A stretch of 64,000 nucleotides of DNA from Dendrobates tinctorius (taxonomy: Eukaryota): NCBI RefSeq assembly GCF_039654945.1, contig NW_027361866.1, forward strand, positions 3,844,001-3,908,000, in the 5' to 3' direction. A program made the translations under genes and the position numbers. This document shows, piece after piece, positions 1 to 12,634 of this stretch. Each line of letters opens with the position of its first letter. Positions within the stretch are counted from its first letter, which is position 1. Under the pieces are notes generated by a model. The model had not been told where the DNA came from. It saw nothing but the letters and a program-made list of their open reading frames with translations, and ran no database searches.

Positions 1-629
1 TGTACCCGGATCAGTCGTCCTGGCCCCTTTGCAGAGAAACAGCCCCAAAGCATGATGTTTCCACCACCATGCTTTACAGTAGGTATGGTGTTTGATGGAT
101 GCAACTCAGTATTCTTTTTCCTCCAAACACGACAAGTTGTGTTTCTACCAAACAGTTCCAGTTTGGTTTCATCAGACCATAGGACATTCTCCCAAAACTC
201 CTCTGGATCATCCAAATGCTCTCTAGCAAACTTCAGACGGGCCCGGACATGTACAGGCTTAAGCAGTGGGACACGTCTGGCACTGCAGGATCTGAGTCCA
301 TGGTGGCGTAGTGTGTTACTTATGGTAGGCCTTGTTACATTGGTCCCAGCTCTCTGCAGTTCATTCACTAGGTCCCCCCGCGTGGTTCTGGGATTTTTGC
401 TCACCGTTCTTGTGATCATTCTGACCCCACGGGGTGGGATTTTGCGTGCAGCACCAGATCGAGGGAGATTATCAGTGGTCTTGTATGTCTTCCATTTTCT
501 AATTATTGCTCCCACAGTTGATTTCTTCACTCCAAGCTGGTTGGCTATTGCAGATTCAGTCTTCCCAGCCTGGTGCAGGGCTACAATTTTGTTTCTGGTG
601 TCCTTTGACAGCTCTTTGGTCTTCACCAT
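1..629 (-). CDS. Tc1 transposase, N-terminal ~209 codons, open to the window edge
   Basis: Manual translation found no stop; paired-like HTH, RSGAARK linker and first catalytic Asp (WSDE). Confidence 0.85.
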   Translation of the reverse strand, partial: MVKTKELSKDTRNKIVALHQAGKTESAIANQLGVKKSTVGAIIRKWKTYKTTDNLPRSGAARKIPPRGVRMITRTVSKNPRTTRGDLVNELQRAGTNVTRPTISNTLRHHGLRSCSARRVPLLKPVHVRARLKFAREHLDDPEEFWENVLWSDETKLELFGRNTTCRVWRKKNTELHPSNTIPTVKHGGGNIMLWGCFSAKGPGRLIRV

Positions 630-996
630 AGTGGAGTTTGGAGTCAGACTGTTTGAGGGTGTGCACAGGTGTCTTTTTATACTGATAACAAGTTTAAACA
701 GGTGCCATTACTACAGGTAATGAGTGGAGCAAAGAGGAGACTCTTAAAGAAGAAGTTACAGGTCTGTGAGAGCCAGAAATCTTGATTGCTTGTTTCTGAC
801 CAAATACTTATTTTCCACCATAATATGCAAATAAAATGAAAAAAAAACAGACAATGTGATTTTCTGGATTTTTTTTTCTCAGTTTGTCTCCCATAGTTGA
901 GGTCTACCTATGAGGTAAATTACAGACGCCTCTCATCTTTTTAAGTGGTGGAACTTGCACTATTGCTGACTGACTAAATACTTTTTTTCCCCACTG
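1..996 (-). mobile_element. Tc1-family DNA transposon, 5' half (runs off the window start)
   Basis: Terminus CAGTGGGGAAAAAAAGTATTTAGTCAG at 996 followed by TA. Transposase ATG at 629 reads [16 protein letters not shown]...VLWSDETK...[19 protein letters not shown]. Confidence 0.93.
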
Positions 997-999
997 TAG

Positions 1000-1850
1000 A
1001 CACAGATATTTAATCAGTTTTATCTCTACATTACAAATGTTCAAAGTGATTTCCATTGGTAGCAAATATCTAAGCGGTAGTCCACTTCTGTCCAGACACG
1101 TGGACAGATATGGACTCCACTGCTTCAGTGATGCTTTCTCTCAGTACTTTCAGATCCCATGAGTGGGGGACAGATATGCCGAGTCCCTGATATCACCCCA
1201 CAGAAAGAAGTCGCAGGGTATTAGTTCTGGCGAATGTGAATGCCAGCACAGCATTGGTGAATCTTTGTTTCCGCCAAGGCCGATCAAACATTCTGTTAGA
1301 GTTTTATTCCGGTATTGTTGAACATCCAAATGGAAATGTGGAGGTACCCCATCCTGCTGGTAGTGGAAGATCTGCCAAAAGTGGGCTGTGGCTATAAACC
1401 AGTCTTTTAACATATGCAGGTAAAAGCCATCAGTGCCAGTAACCTCAACATAAAAGAAGAGATTGTAGACCTTAAATCTGCTCACTGCAAGGAACATGTT
1501 TGTTTTGGGTGAGTCCCTCATGTGCTCGATAAGAGCACATGGTTTTTTTAGCCCAAATTCTAACGTCGTGGAGATTGACCTTCCCGCTGAGGTGAAAGGT
1601 AACCTCATCGCTGAACACCAGCCTGTCAGTGAATTTGTAGTCTACCAATTGGCCTTGAAAAAGTCATGGTATTTTGGTTTGGCATTTGATTTCAGCCCCC
1701 AAAAGAAGATGTATGGTTTACAATGCAGACGTTTTATAAGATACGCAATACCGTGGAAGTGGTACATGTAGTTCCACACTAGTCAGTCTGGTTGACTTTC
1801 TAGGACTATGCTCTTAACACACCTCAAATCCCATTCAGTATCTTTTTTGA
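1000..1850 (-). mobile_element. Decayed mariner-like (rosa/Visitor, DD41D-related) transposase fragment
   Basis: ORF 1150..1608 contains QQDGVPPH...LIGLGG...WHSHSPELIPCDFFLWG, a degenerate QQDGAPPH/WPPRSPDLTPCDFFLWG. Boundaries approximate. Confidence 0.75.
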
Positions 1851-2786
1851 AGTTTGAGCAACCCATTTTCCTATAAGAAACACCTAGCGGTTTTTAACAG
1901 CTTCACCCAACGCAAAATGCAGCTTCTACGTGGAGCACATATACCAAATTTATTTTGGAAGTTTTGCTGTACTGTCACAAAGGATCTCACTCTTGCAGAT
2001 TCCAACATGCAAAAAGTTTTTTTTTACTTCGATGTCACCATCCTATGTCACGCTATGTAAGCACATTTTAAATTTAGCTATTGAAATGAAAGCCGGGCTG
2101 TGATTTGGCAACTAAGCAAGTTTTGCTTTGATTTTTAGTAACTGGATATTTACCATTGATGCTATTTTAACTACAGCTCATTTGGATTTTTCAGCCCCGT
2201 GCTGTTGATGCGCTGCACAGACATGAGATCGCCTCTCTGCTGTCTCATGCTCCTATCCCTTATGGCTGTGTTGTAATTAGATTTGTGAAAACGGTAAAAG
2301 GTCTCATTGTGAATGACAACAGCTGTTGACATCAACGTGTTATACTGAATAATTTACTTCATTCATCTCACTTGGAAGAAGATCAGTCTGCATTGTCTGG
2401 TTCACATGGTTCTACAGTATTTCGCTTCCATTTTTGCAGGCTAACGTCCACTTTTCTTTTAGGTGAAAATAAAGCATTGTTGTATTATTGTCTGCCCAAA
2501 AAAGAGCTGAAGAACAAATAAAAATCAGTTTCATATGTTGTCATTGTCTGCCATCTATTGTTTTATATTGTTTAGGCTGAGTTTTACATCCTATTTAAAA
2601 TGTTGTTTTCTATGGTGTTGCCTAAAAAGTAGCTAAAATAAACATAGAATCCTAAAAGGCATGTCAAGCTAATCAAAATATGTGTATGCAGCCCCTGTAG
2701 AGGAAGTTTTAGACTTTAGGGTATAATTCACACATGACATATTTGTTACAGATTTGTTACAGATTTGTTACAGATAAATACTATTA

Positions 2787-5180
2787 GGCCGGGGTCACAC
2801 TAGAGAGGAATACGGACGAGTGAGAGGCGTTAAAAGTACAAATGATTCTCTATGGGGCAGCTCCCAACAGCTGTATAATTCTCACCCGTATTCCACGGTC
2901 TGTGCCAATCGCAGCATGCTGCGATTGTCAGCGTACTACCCCCATAGTACGCCAATGCAAGTCTATGGGTGGGCAAAAAAACGGATTACACATGGACCAC
3001 ACGTGTGACTTGCGAGAAATATGCAGGTCTTTTGGCAGGTGACAGGAAATGGGCCAATCCAACATCAGGAAACTTAGACATGCAAATGAGCTCAAAAAGC
3101 GCTCCAGAAATCCAGGAAGTACGCCTCCACGGAGTCCTGCAGCGTCATGGCGCCATATTTTCTCAATGTGGAGATGCTGATTGTCTTAGTGCAGGAGCGG
3201 CCAGAAATCTGGGACCAACGTGATGCCCATTATGCCAACCGGGCAAGAAAGGAGGCTTCATGGAGGTGCATATGTCACCAGATGTTCCACGATTTTGGTG
3301 ATCGGCCGCACGAGGAGCAGCAGCAACTGAGTAAGTACAACCAAAAAACTGTTTAAAATTACCTCACTTTAAAAAATGCATTTAGAATCAGCCCCCTCCT
3401 GTGCTTGTACTTTTTGCCTCATGAGGCGGGTAGATTTTGATGTGACCCATGGTTTTACACTGCCATAATTTGGCCCAGTCTACAAGCTCCTCATCCTCGT
3501 AGCCAACCAAGTTATTAAGTGTAGTTACTTGATACGTGAACTATTGTGCCCCTGTGTATCTGGCCTGGATGCCCCAATTACATATGCTACCCTGGGTAGA
3601 AAGCACACCCCAGAATGCCACATGCCTAGGCTACTGGAAGCAAATTTGACCTATCAAATATGAGAAATTGAGAATATTTCCTGTCACATTGCAGTGGAAG
3701 ATGTGATGAGACGCTGGCGCAGCATACGCGACCAATACAGGCGGGAACGTCAGCAGTGGTCCAGGAGTGGTGATGCGGGCCACATAAAAAGGAAATACAT
3801 CTATTATGACCACCTCTCCTTCCTCGATCCTATTCTGGATCTGGGACCGTAAGTAGATACCTCACACCACATTACACAGATACTTTACAGGGCCAAAAAA
3901 TTTAAGATTTATTTTTGGCTCTGTTCTATTTCATAACAGGACTCAGTCCAATCTTACGGAGAGAGGAACTGGCTCAGATACCGAGCACATCATAGATCCT
4001 GAGTCTGTAGGGGATGAGGTGGCTGGCCCATCTTCTCCCCCTCCAAGAAGCATGGGTGAAGATTCCTCTCAGGAAAACCCAGTGCCTGCGTCACAAACCC
4101 CACCACCAGGACCACATCCACAAGCAGGACCGTCTGCTGCTGCACCATCAGCCATACAGGAGGAGCAGGGCAACATGAGCAGCAGCCCAACTGGCGATCC
4201 GGGGCTCCCCACAGCCTGTTGGACCATCCCGGCGAGGAAGAAGAAGGCACCATATCCCTGCCCAAGATACCCGTACCAATGTGGACACAGGGGTACTTAA
4301 CTATCTGGCTAGAGTCGCGAGGAGGCATACTCACGCAGCCTCACCCTTTATCTTCGTGCCCTTTCCCGTGAGGTGAGGCTCCATATTCGAGGATGTTTTC
4401 AGATCCTGCTTGATGCAAGCACACACCCCAATACCCCATATGAGTTATTTGAATATCTGGAGAGGTGGCAGCTTTCGCCCAGAAATCTAATGCGCCTTAG
4501 ACACCCCACACACATGCTTGCTAAAGCAGGCTCTGAGGATCCTCAAATACGTGGGCCTACACCTCACCCCCTTCCTCCCCCTACCCAACCTTTCCAACAG
4601 CAGCCACATATATCTGGCTCTAGCCAACCTCACCAATATGACCACTTGTTCTCACCCAGTGTTGGAGGCTGGTTCCAACCTGGTTGGGGACGACATGGCT
4701 ATATTGGTGGGTATGAGACACGGGCCTACCAGCCCCAGCAAGAGGCCCCTCTCCAGTATCACTCTGGCCAGTACCAAGCACAATCCCAAGAGGCAGTACA
4801 CTACCCACATCATGGGCAACAGTATGCCCCCACACAGGGCGATGGCCAAATTGGGCAAAGTAGCCAGCAGCAAACACAGGCTGATCTTCTGCCTTCTCCT
4901 CCCCCGACGTACCAAAATTTATAATATTGCCATTTTGTTATTGCCTAATGGTATTTTGTTTGTTTTATATGTCCGAAAATGTTAATTGTACCCAATTTTC
5001 ACATCTGCACAAAGGCCAATTTGGCCCATTGCCACATTTCTCATATGGCAATAATATGTTTTGCTTAAAAAAAAAAAAAAAGGCAAAAGTAAACATTTGT
5101 CTACTACATTTTACGTCTCTGTCTCAATTCTAAAAAAAGGTGTCAGCATACTAACATACGCTTACCAATGCAATTAAACA
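2787..5180 (+). mobile_element. PIF/Harbinger element (left part) carrying the MADF/Myb-SANT accessory gene
   Basis: TTA + GGCCGGGGTCACAC terminus, the same as the MITE at 59750, followed by a spliced MADF gene. Right end not found. Confidence 0.75.
3147..4924 (+). pseudogene. Three-exon MADF (Myb/SANT-like) + BESS-like gene: exons 3147-3330, 3695-3848, 3940-4924; apparent frameshifts near 4210 and 4315
   Basis: GTAAGT donors at 3331 and 3849; AG acceptors at 3693-94 and 3938-39. Spliced protein reads LIVLVQERPEIWD..Y.NR.RKEASW...RWRSIRDQYRRE...KYIYYDHLSFL, matching the MADF consensus. Confidence 0.8.
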
Positions 5181-5299
5181 GTCATAGAATCATAAGGAGT
5201 TTAAATCTATATATTTAGACAGACATAAACCAAAAAATTATAACATAGACACAGCATGCTCTTGCCAAGAAGTTTCCCCCTCAGGTGACATAAAGTAAT

Positions 5300-6032
5300 T
5301 TGTGAAAATATCATGCACTTTGAGCCCAGGAGGAATAGGGCTAAGCAACAGCACATGTGAAAAAGACTTGGGTATACTAATAGATCACAGACTGAACATA
5401 AGTCAACAGTGTGATGCACCAGCAAAAATGGCAAATACAATTCTAGGATGTATTAACAGAAGCATACAGTCTAGATCACGTGAAGTCATTATACCCCTTT
5501 ACTCCTCTCTGGTCAGACCTCATCTGGAATACTGTGTCTAGTTTTGAGCACCACATTTTAAAAAAGACATCAACCAACTTGAGCAAGTTCAGAGAAGAGC
5601 GACCAGAATGGTGACGGGTCTGCAAACCATGTCCTATGAGGAACGGTTACAGGATTTGGGAATGTTTAGCTTGCAAAAGAGAAGACTGACAGGAGACTTA
5701 ATAACTGTCTACAAATATCTCAGGAGCTGTCACAGTATAGAAGGATCACCTTTATTCTCATTTGCACAAGGAAAGACTAGAAGCAATGGGATGAAACTGA
5801 ATGGGAGGAGACACAGATTAGATAATAGAAAAAACTTTTGACAGTTAGGGTGATCAGTGAGTGGAACAGGCTGCCACGAGAAGTGGTGATTTCTCCTTCA
5901 ATGGAAGTCTTCAAACAGAGGCTGGACAGACATCTGACTGGGATGATTTAGTGAATCCTGCTTTGAGCTGGGGGTTGGAACAGATGACCCAGGAGGTCCC
6001 TTCCTACTCTACGATTCTATGATTGATTCTAT
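5300..6032 (+). mobile_element. CR1 LINE 3' fragment
   Basis: EKDLGILID, SREVIIPLYSSLVRPHLEYCV and SYEERLQDLGMFSLQKRRL; (ATTCTATG)-type tail. Confidence 0.93.
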
Positions 6033-6519
6033 CTCTTTATCTTACTAAGGCTGTTAGAAGTTCATAAGCTTGATAAATAAATATTCACATGTGGACTTTC
6101 ATTTGTTAAAATATATTTCTGCACTATATCTGCCAGGCGTGAACTTACTGTAATGACCACTTTATTAAACTTTTTATATGTTATAGGGCACTGCATACTG
6201 TAATAATCAGTGGCAACCACTCAGTATGATAGCCTCACAGCCCTACCACACAGTAGCATTGTACTCCCAGCTCCCCACAAGATATACTTGCCTCTCAATA
6301 TCCTGCTCCGACAGCACTCACTCAGTATGATAGTCCCTCACTCAGCAATTTCTCTCCATGGTTCCCACTTATTGCAATCCTCCACATACATACCCCCACT
6401 CAGTATTATGGCCCCATCAGCCTCCACTCAATATGAAGGTCCTCACAGCCCACCATTCAGTATGATTGCCACCCACAGTCTCTCATTCATTGTGATGTCC
6501 CTCAGAGCCCAACAGTATA

Positions 6520-8065
6520 TACCTTGTGCAGAATTATTAGGCAAGTTGTATTTGAGAGGATTCTTTTTATTTCTGAATAACAACTATGTTTTCAATCTTT
6601 TCAATCAACCCAAAAGACTCATAGATATCAAAGCTTAATATTTTTGGAAGTTGGAGTGGGTTTTTTTTAGATTTGGCTATCTAAGGAGGATATCTGTTTG
6701 TGCAGAATTATTAGGCAGCTTAATAAAAACCAAATATATCCATCTCACTTGTTTATTTTCACCAGGTAAACCAATATAACAACACAAAATGTAGAAATAA
6801 ACATTTCTGACATTCAAAAACAAAACAAAAAAAATCAGTGACCAATATAGCCCCCTTTCTTTACGATGACATTCAAAAGCCTTCCATCCATAGATTCTGT
6901 CAGTTGCTTGATCTGTTTATGATCAACATTGCATGCAGCAGCCACCACAGCCTCCCAGACACTGTTCAGAGAGGTGTACTGTTTTCCCTCCTCCCTGTAC
7001 ATCTCACATTTTATGAGGGACCACAGGTTCTCTATGGGGTTCAGATCAGGTGAACAAGGGGGCCATGTCATTATTTTTTCTTCTTTTAGACCTTTACTGG
7101 CCAGCCACGCTGTGGAGTATTTGGATGCATGTGATGGAGCATTGTCCTGCATGAAAATCATGTTTTTCTTGAACGATACTGACTACTTCCTGTACCACTG
7201 CTTGAAGAAGGTGTCTTCCAGAAACTGCCAGTAGGTCTGGGAGTTGAGCTTCACTCCATCCTCAACCCGAAAAGGTCCCACAATTTCATCTTTGATGATA
7301 CCAGCCCATTCCAGTACCCCACCTCCACCTTGCTGGCGTCTGAGTCAGAGTGGAACTCTCTGCCCTTTACTGATCCAGCCTCGGGCCCATCCATCTGGCC
7401 AATCAAGAGTCGCTCTCATTTCATCAGTCCATAAAACCTTAGAAAAATCAGTCTTAAGATATTTCTTGGCCCAGTCTTGACGTTTTATCTTATGTTTCTT
7501 GTTGAAAGTTGGTCGTTTTTCAGCCTTCCTTACCTTGGCCATGTCCCTGAGTATGGCCCACCTTGAGGTTTTTGATACTCCAGTAACGTTGCAGCTCTGA
7601 AATATGGCAAAACTGATGGCAAATGGCATCTTGGCAGCTTCACGCTTGATTTTCCTCAAATTCATGCAGTTATTTTGCGCCTTTTTTATCAACACGCTTC
7701 TTGCGACCCTGTTGGATATTTGCCATGAAACGCTTGATCGGTGATCATGCTTCAAAATTTGGCAATTTCAAGACTGCTGCATCCCTCTGCAAGACATCTC
7801 ACAATTTTTGACTTTTCAGAGTCCGTCAAATCTCTCTTCTAACCCATTTTGCCAAAGGAAAGGAAGTTGCCTAATAATTAAGCACACCTTATATAGTGTT
7901 TTGATGTCATTAGACCACACCCCTCCTCATTACAGAGATGGAAATCACCTGGTTTACATAACTGGCAGTTGGCTTTCAAGCCTATACAGCTTGGAGTAGG
8001 ACAACATGTATAAAAAGGATGATGTGACCAAAATACTCATTTGCCTAATAATTCTGCACCCAGTG
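6520..8065 (-). mobile_element. Tc1-like DD37E (TRT-type) transposon, decayed
   Basis: Inverted termini GTGCAGAATTATTAGGCAA / TTGCCTAATAATTCTGCAC plus TA. VLWTDE and QDNAPSH...SPDLNPIE with 37 residues between D and E. Confidence 0.9.
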
Positions 8066-8689
8066 TAGTATAATGACCCACTGCTCCATCACTCAGTAAG
8101 ATGGCTGAGTTCCTTAGTACGCTGCTTGGTGTGTTGTTTGAGGGCTTAGGCTCCACACTACAGTCGCGATCTAATGATGTGAACATGTCTGTAGGATACT
8201 GAGCTGAGTCTCAGAAGCGCTGGCTGAATGTTGGTTTAGCGTTACCCTTGGACTCCCTGATCCACCATTCTATTCAATGTATTCAATGGTGTTTGCATCC
8301 TGAGGATGTGGATACTGCTGAAATTGTGATATGACAGGTAGGGGAAATGCCCAATGCCCCCTTGGCCATAAGGCCCATAGCAGCCGTGTGGTCTGCAACT
8401 GTGGACGGTATGCCCCTGCCTCCACCGATCAGTAACACTATTCAGCACCTATGATATATAAAAATGAGTTACACTTTAAGCTTCTTAGTAATCTAAACAT
8501 CTTTTCATATATGAATATAGCATAAAATCAGATAAAATCAGTACTATAGGTATTGCAGTAAGGCAGTTGCTAAAGTGAGACTTCAACAAACCAGCGTGTA
8601 GCAAGAAAGAAGGAATTGATCTGAAAGCAGTTGAGTGTAAAATATGGAAGAGGCCAAGTTGCTAGAGTGCAGAGGGAAGTGCAGATTAT

Positions 8690-9350
8690 CTGAAAAATAA
8701 AGTGCAAAAAATACATAAAAATGTGAGGTATTAGTTGATATTATGGCCAAAATACATAAGCTCATAACCCTCGTCATGGATCCCTATGCTTACAAGTCCT
8801 AACACTAAACAGCAATAGCACAAAAAGAGGACTTGAAAATCCTCCAAAAATTCAAAAATACAGCAAAAAAGGCAGAGATGGGGATCTGTGATGAGGGTTA
8901 CGCGCCTACGTATTTTGGCCAAAATATCAACTAATACCTCACATTTTTATGTGTTTTTAGCACTTTATTTTTCAGGGTGCAGTTGGGCCCATTTAGTCTT
9001 GTAAACTATGGTGTCTGTTTACATGGGATGAATTTTGATAGCGCTGGGCAGCCCGCCTGATCTAACAGAAGGGCACAACTAATAGGCTGTTAACCTGGAT
9101 GCTGTGCATTGCCATAGTGTGAACAGCGCCGCATACAAGTCTTCATTGTGCATTAATATACCAAGCAGCCGCCCCCTCCATGGATTGGTAGGATGTGAGC
9201 GGCTTTCTCATCGGTATTCTTGCACCTATGTTGCTGCCATCTTAACTATATGGGTCCACTGCACTGGGCAGGTAAGCATCTCTGCCTTTTTGCTGTATTT
9301 TTGAATTTTTGGAGGATTTTCAAGTCCTCTTTTTGTGCTATTGCTGTTTA
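8690..9350. repeat. Two interleaved inverted-repeat pairs (A 8690-8790 / A' 8878-8975; B 8806-8880 / B' 9278-9350)
   Basis: Reverse-complement matches read directly from the sequence. Confidence 0.85.
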
Positions 9351-9452
9351 ATATGTTGATTACCCATGGTATAAGTCCATGCAGCTTGTTGACCTGCAAA
9401 CATTGATAGGCAAACTATGCAGATTGATTGAACATTTGAACAATGAGAGTTA

Positions 9453-10065
9453 GGGCCCCGTCACACATAGCGACGCACCAGCGATCCCAACAACGATATG
9501 ACCTTGTCAGGATCGCTGGTGTGTCGATACATGATCGCTGGTGAGCTGCCAAACAGGCAGCTTCACCAGCGATCAGCACCAGCGACACGCGGGTAACAAG
9601 CGACGCACGTCGCTTAGTTACCCACTGTGTACCTTAGTTTCCAGCGCGCTGGTGCAGGGAGCTGGTAACCAAGGTACACATCGGGTTTCTAAGCGTCACT
9701 TAGTAACCCGATGTGTACCTTGGTTACCAGCTCCCTGCACCAGCGCGCTGGTAACTAAGGTACACATCGGGTTTCTAAGCGCTGCATGCCACTTAGAAAC
9801 CCGATGTTTACCTTAGTTACCAGCGTCAGCTCGCTGATCGCTGGTCTCCCGCCTGCCACACGCAGCCATGCGTGCTGGCCAGCGGGAGACCAGCGATCAA
9901 AAAAATGTCCTGGCCATTCCAGGACTATCAGCGATACCCGGCAGGGGGGCCGGTCGCAGGTAAGTGTCACACACAGCGATCTCGCTGGTCAGATCGCTGT
10001 TGCATCACAAAACTTGTGACTCAGCAGCAATCTCTCTAGCGAGATCACTGTGTGTGACGGGGGCT
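9453..10065. mobile_element. Harbinger/Tourist-type MITE with internal palindromic repeats
   Basis: TTA-GGGCCCCGTCACAC ... GTGTGACGGGGGCT-TAA; repeated GTAACYAAGGTACACATCGGGTTTCTAAGCG units in both orientations. Confidence 0.85.
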
Positions 10066-10067
10066 TA

Positions 10068-10654
10068 AAACTCATCCCACTTCCCCCTGACCTGTAGATG
10101 ATGGCCTGAAGGACACATGTGTTGTATGAAAAGGATCTCTATCCATTTGCAGAGAGGCTTTACAGAACAGTGGACAGGCACCATGGCTCCAACCGGGGGA
10201 ATATAGATTTTATCCACCGCCCACCACTTAACCTATGGTAACGTTTAGAGTACCCAGGTTAGTCAATCAAGTCACGTGGCTACATACCTCAATGGACTGT
10301 CCGCTTCCTAAGCTTGTCGTTTCCTCCTCTCTGTGGGTTCCACTTGTGGGGGTAGTAGGCTCTGGAATCCCTGAAGTCGCAGCTGCTATAACACCAGTGA
10401 ACCAGCAGTAGGGTGAAGCTCTGTAATTTGCACCAACTTATGTAATTTCTTGAACTGTACTATGTGTTATTTTCTGTTGATGGTTCAGTACAATATTGCC
10501 ACCCTGTTTTACTCTCACCCTGTGTTGTCAGAGTAGTATTCTGCCCATGGGAGAGGGGTATGAGTGTTCAGTGGGATGATCCCTGGTCCATGGGGTCTTT
10601 CTAAAGACAGCCAGGCCAGCGGATGAGAGAACTCATTGACCCTCGTGTTTCCAC
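10068..10654. mobile_element. Probable LTR remnant
   Basis: Ends in TTCCACA immediately before Tc1 sequence begins; LTR-like composition; no TSD found. Confidence 0.35.
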
Positions 10655-11450
10655 AGTGTGTATTGGAACAACACAAAAATATTGGAACAACACAAAAAAA
10701 AATAGTGGGAAAAAAGGTATATTGGACATCATTTCACACAAAACACCCAAAATGGGCCAGACGAAATTGTGGGTAAGCAACTTTGTTTCAAGCATGTGAT
10801 GCTCGTTCAAACTCACCAGTAGTAAGTAACAGATGTTTGCAATATAAAAATCACACCTGAAACCAGATAAAAAGGGAAGAAGTTGAGTCAAACTTTGCAT
10901 TGTGTGTCTGTCGGTTCCATACTAAACATTAAGAACAGAAAGGGGAGAAGAAAATTGTCTAAGAATTTGAGAACCAGAATTGGTGAAAAATATAAATAAT
11001 CTCAAGGTTACAAGTTCATCTCCAGAGATCTTGATTATCTTGATAATCACTGGTTCGCAACATAATCATTACAACCCATGGCACTGTAGATAATCTCCTT
11101 GGAAGTGGACAGCAGAGAAATATTGATGAAAGGTTGCAATGTAGGATAGTCAAGATGGTGGATAAGCAGATCCAGTCAAGTTATGAAGAAATTCAAGGTG
11201 TCCTGCAGGCTCAGGGTGATGAGTGTCAACATGAATTATCCATCAGCATTTGAATTAAATGAAATGCTATGGAAGGAGATGCAGGAGGACCCCCACTACT
11301 TACACAGAAACATAAAAAAGTTAGACTACAGTTTGTCAAAATATACATGAGTAAGCCAAAATCCTTCTGGGAAAGTGTCTTCTGGACAGATGAGACCAAG
11401 ATAAAGCATTTGGTAAAGAACATCATTATTCGATTGTCAGTAAACAGTAG

Positions 11451-11699
<249 letters not shown>

Positions 11700-12634
11700 T
11701 GATACAAACAAAGAGCTGGAGAGTCCTGAAGTGGCCAGCAAAAAGTCCCAATCTGAATCCCATTGAACACCTGTGGAGAGATCTAAAAGTTGCTGTTGTG
11801 AGAAGGCACCCTTCAAATGCAGTTTGCAAAAGAAAAGTGGTCCAAAATTCCAGTTGAGAGGTGTAAAAAGCTTGTTGATGGTTATAGTAGGAGACTGATT
11901 GCAGTTAATTATTCCAAAGGGTGTGCAACCAAATATTAAGTTGAGGGTGCCAACAATTTTGTCCGGTCCATTTTTGAGGTTTTGTGTGAAATTATGTTCA
12001 ATTTGACTTTTTTCTCTGTTTATTGTGTGTTGTTCCAATAGACACAAATGAAATAAACATGTTAATAGCAAAACATTTAACTGCAACAATTTTTTTATAG
12101 TAACATAGTTATTAAGGTTGAAGGAAGACTTTAAGTCCATCTAGTTCAACACATATCCTATCCTAACCTGCCCTAACATGTTGATCCAGAGGAAGGCAAA
12201 AAAATCCGATGTGACAAACAGTAAGCTTCACATTGGGGAAAAAAATTCCTTCCCGATTCCACATACGGCAATCAGACTAGCTCCCTGGATCAACGCAATA
12301 TTAAGGAAACTAGTGTATATACCCTGTAATATTATACTTTTCAAGAAAGACATCCAGTCCGTTCTCAAATTTTAGTAGGGAATCACTCATTATGACATCA
12401 TATGGCAGAGAGTTCCATAGTCTCACTGCTCTTACAGTAAAGAATCCGCGTCTGTGAGTATGCTTAAACCTTCTTTCCTCCAGACGTAGAGGATGCCCCC
12501 TTGTCCCCGTCACAGGTCTAAGAGTAAAAAGATCATTAGAAAGGTCTTTGTATTGTCCCCGCACATATTTATACATTGTAATAAGATCACCCCTAAGCCT
12601 TCGATTTTCCAAACTAAATAACCCCAAGTGTAAT

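Noticed and set aside
52-720. 222-aa plus-strand ORF
   Set aside because: Antisense shadow of the Tc1 transposase.
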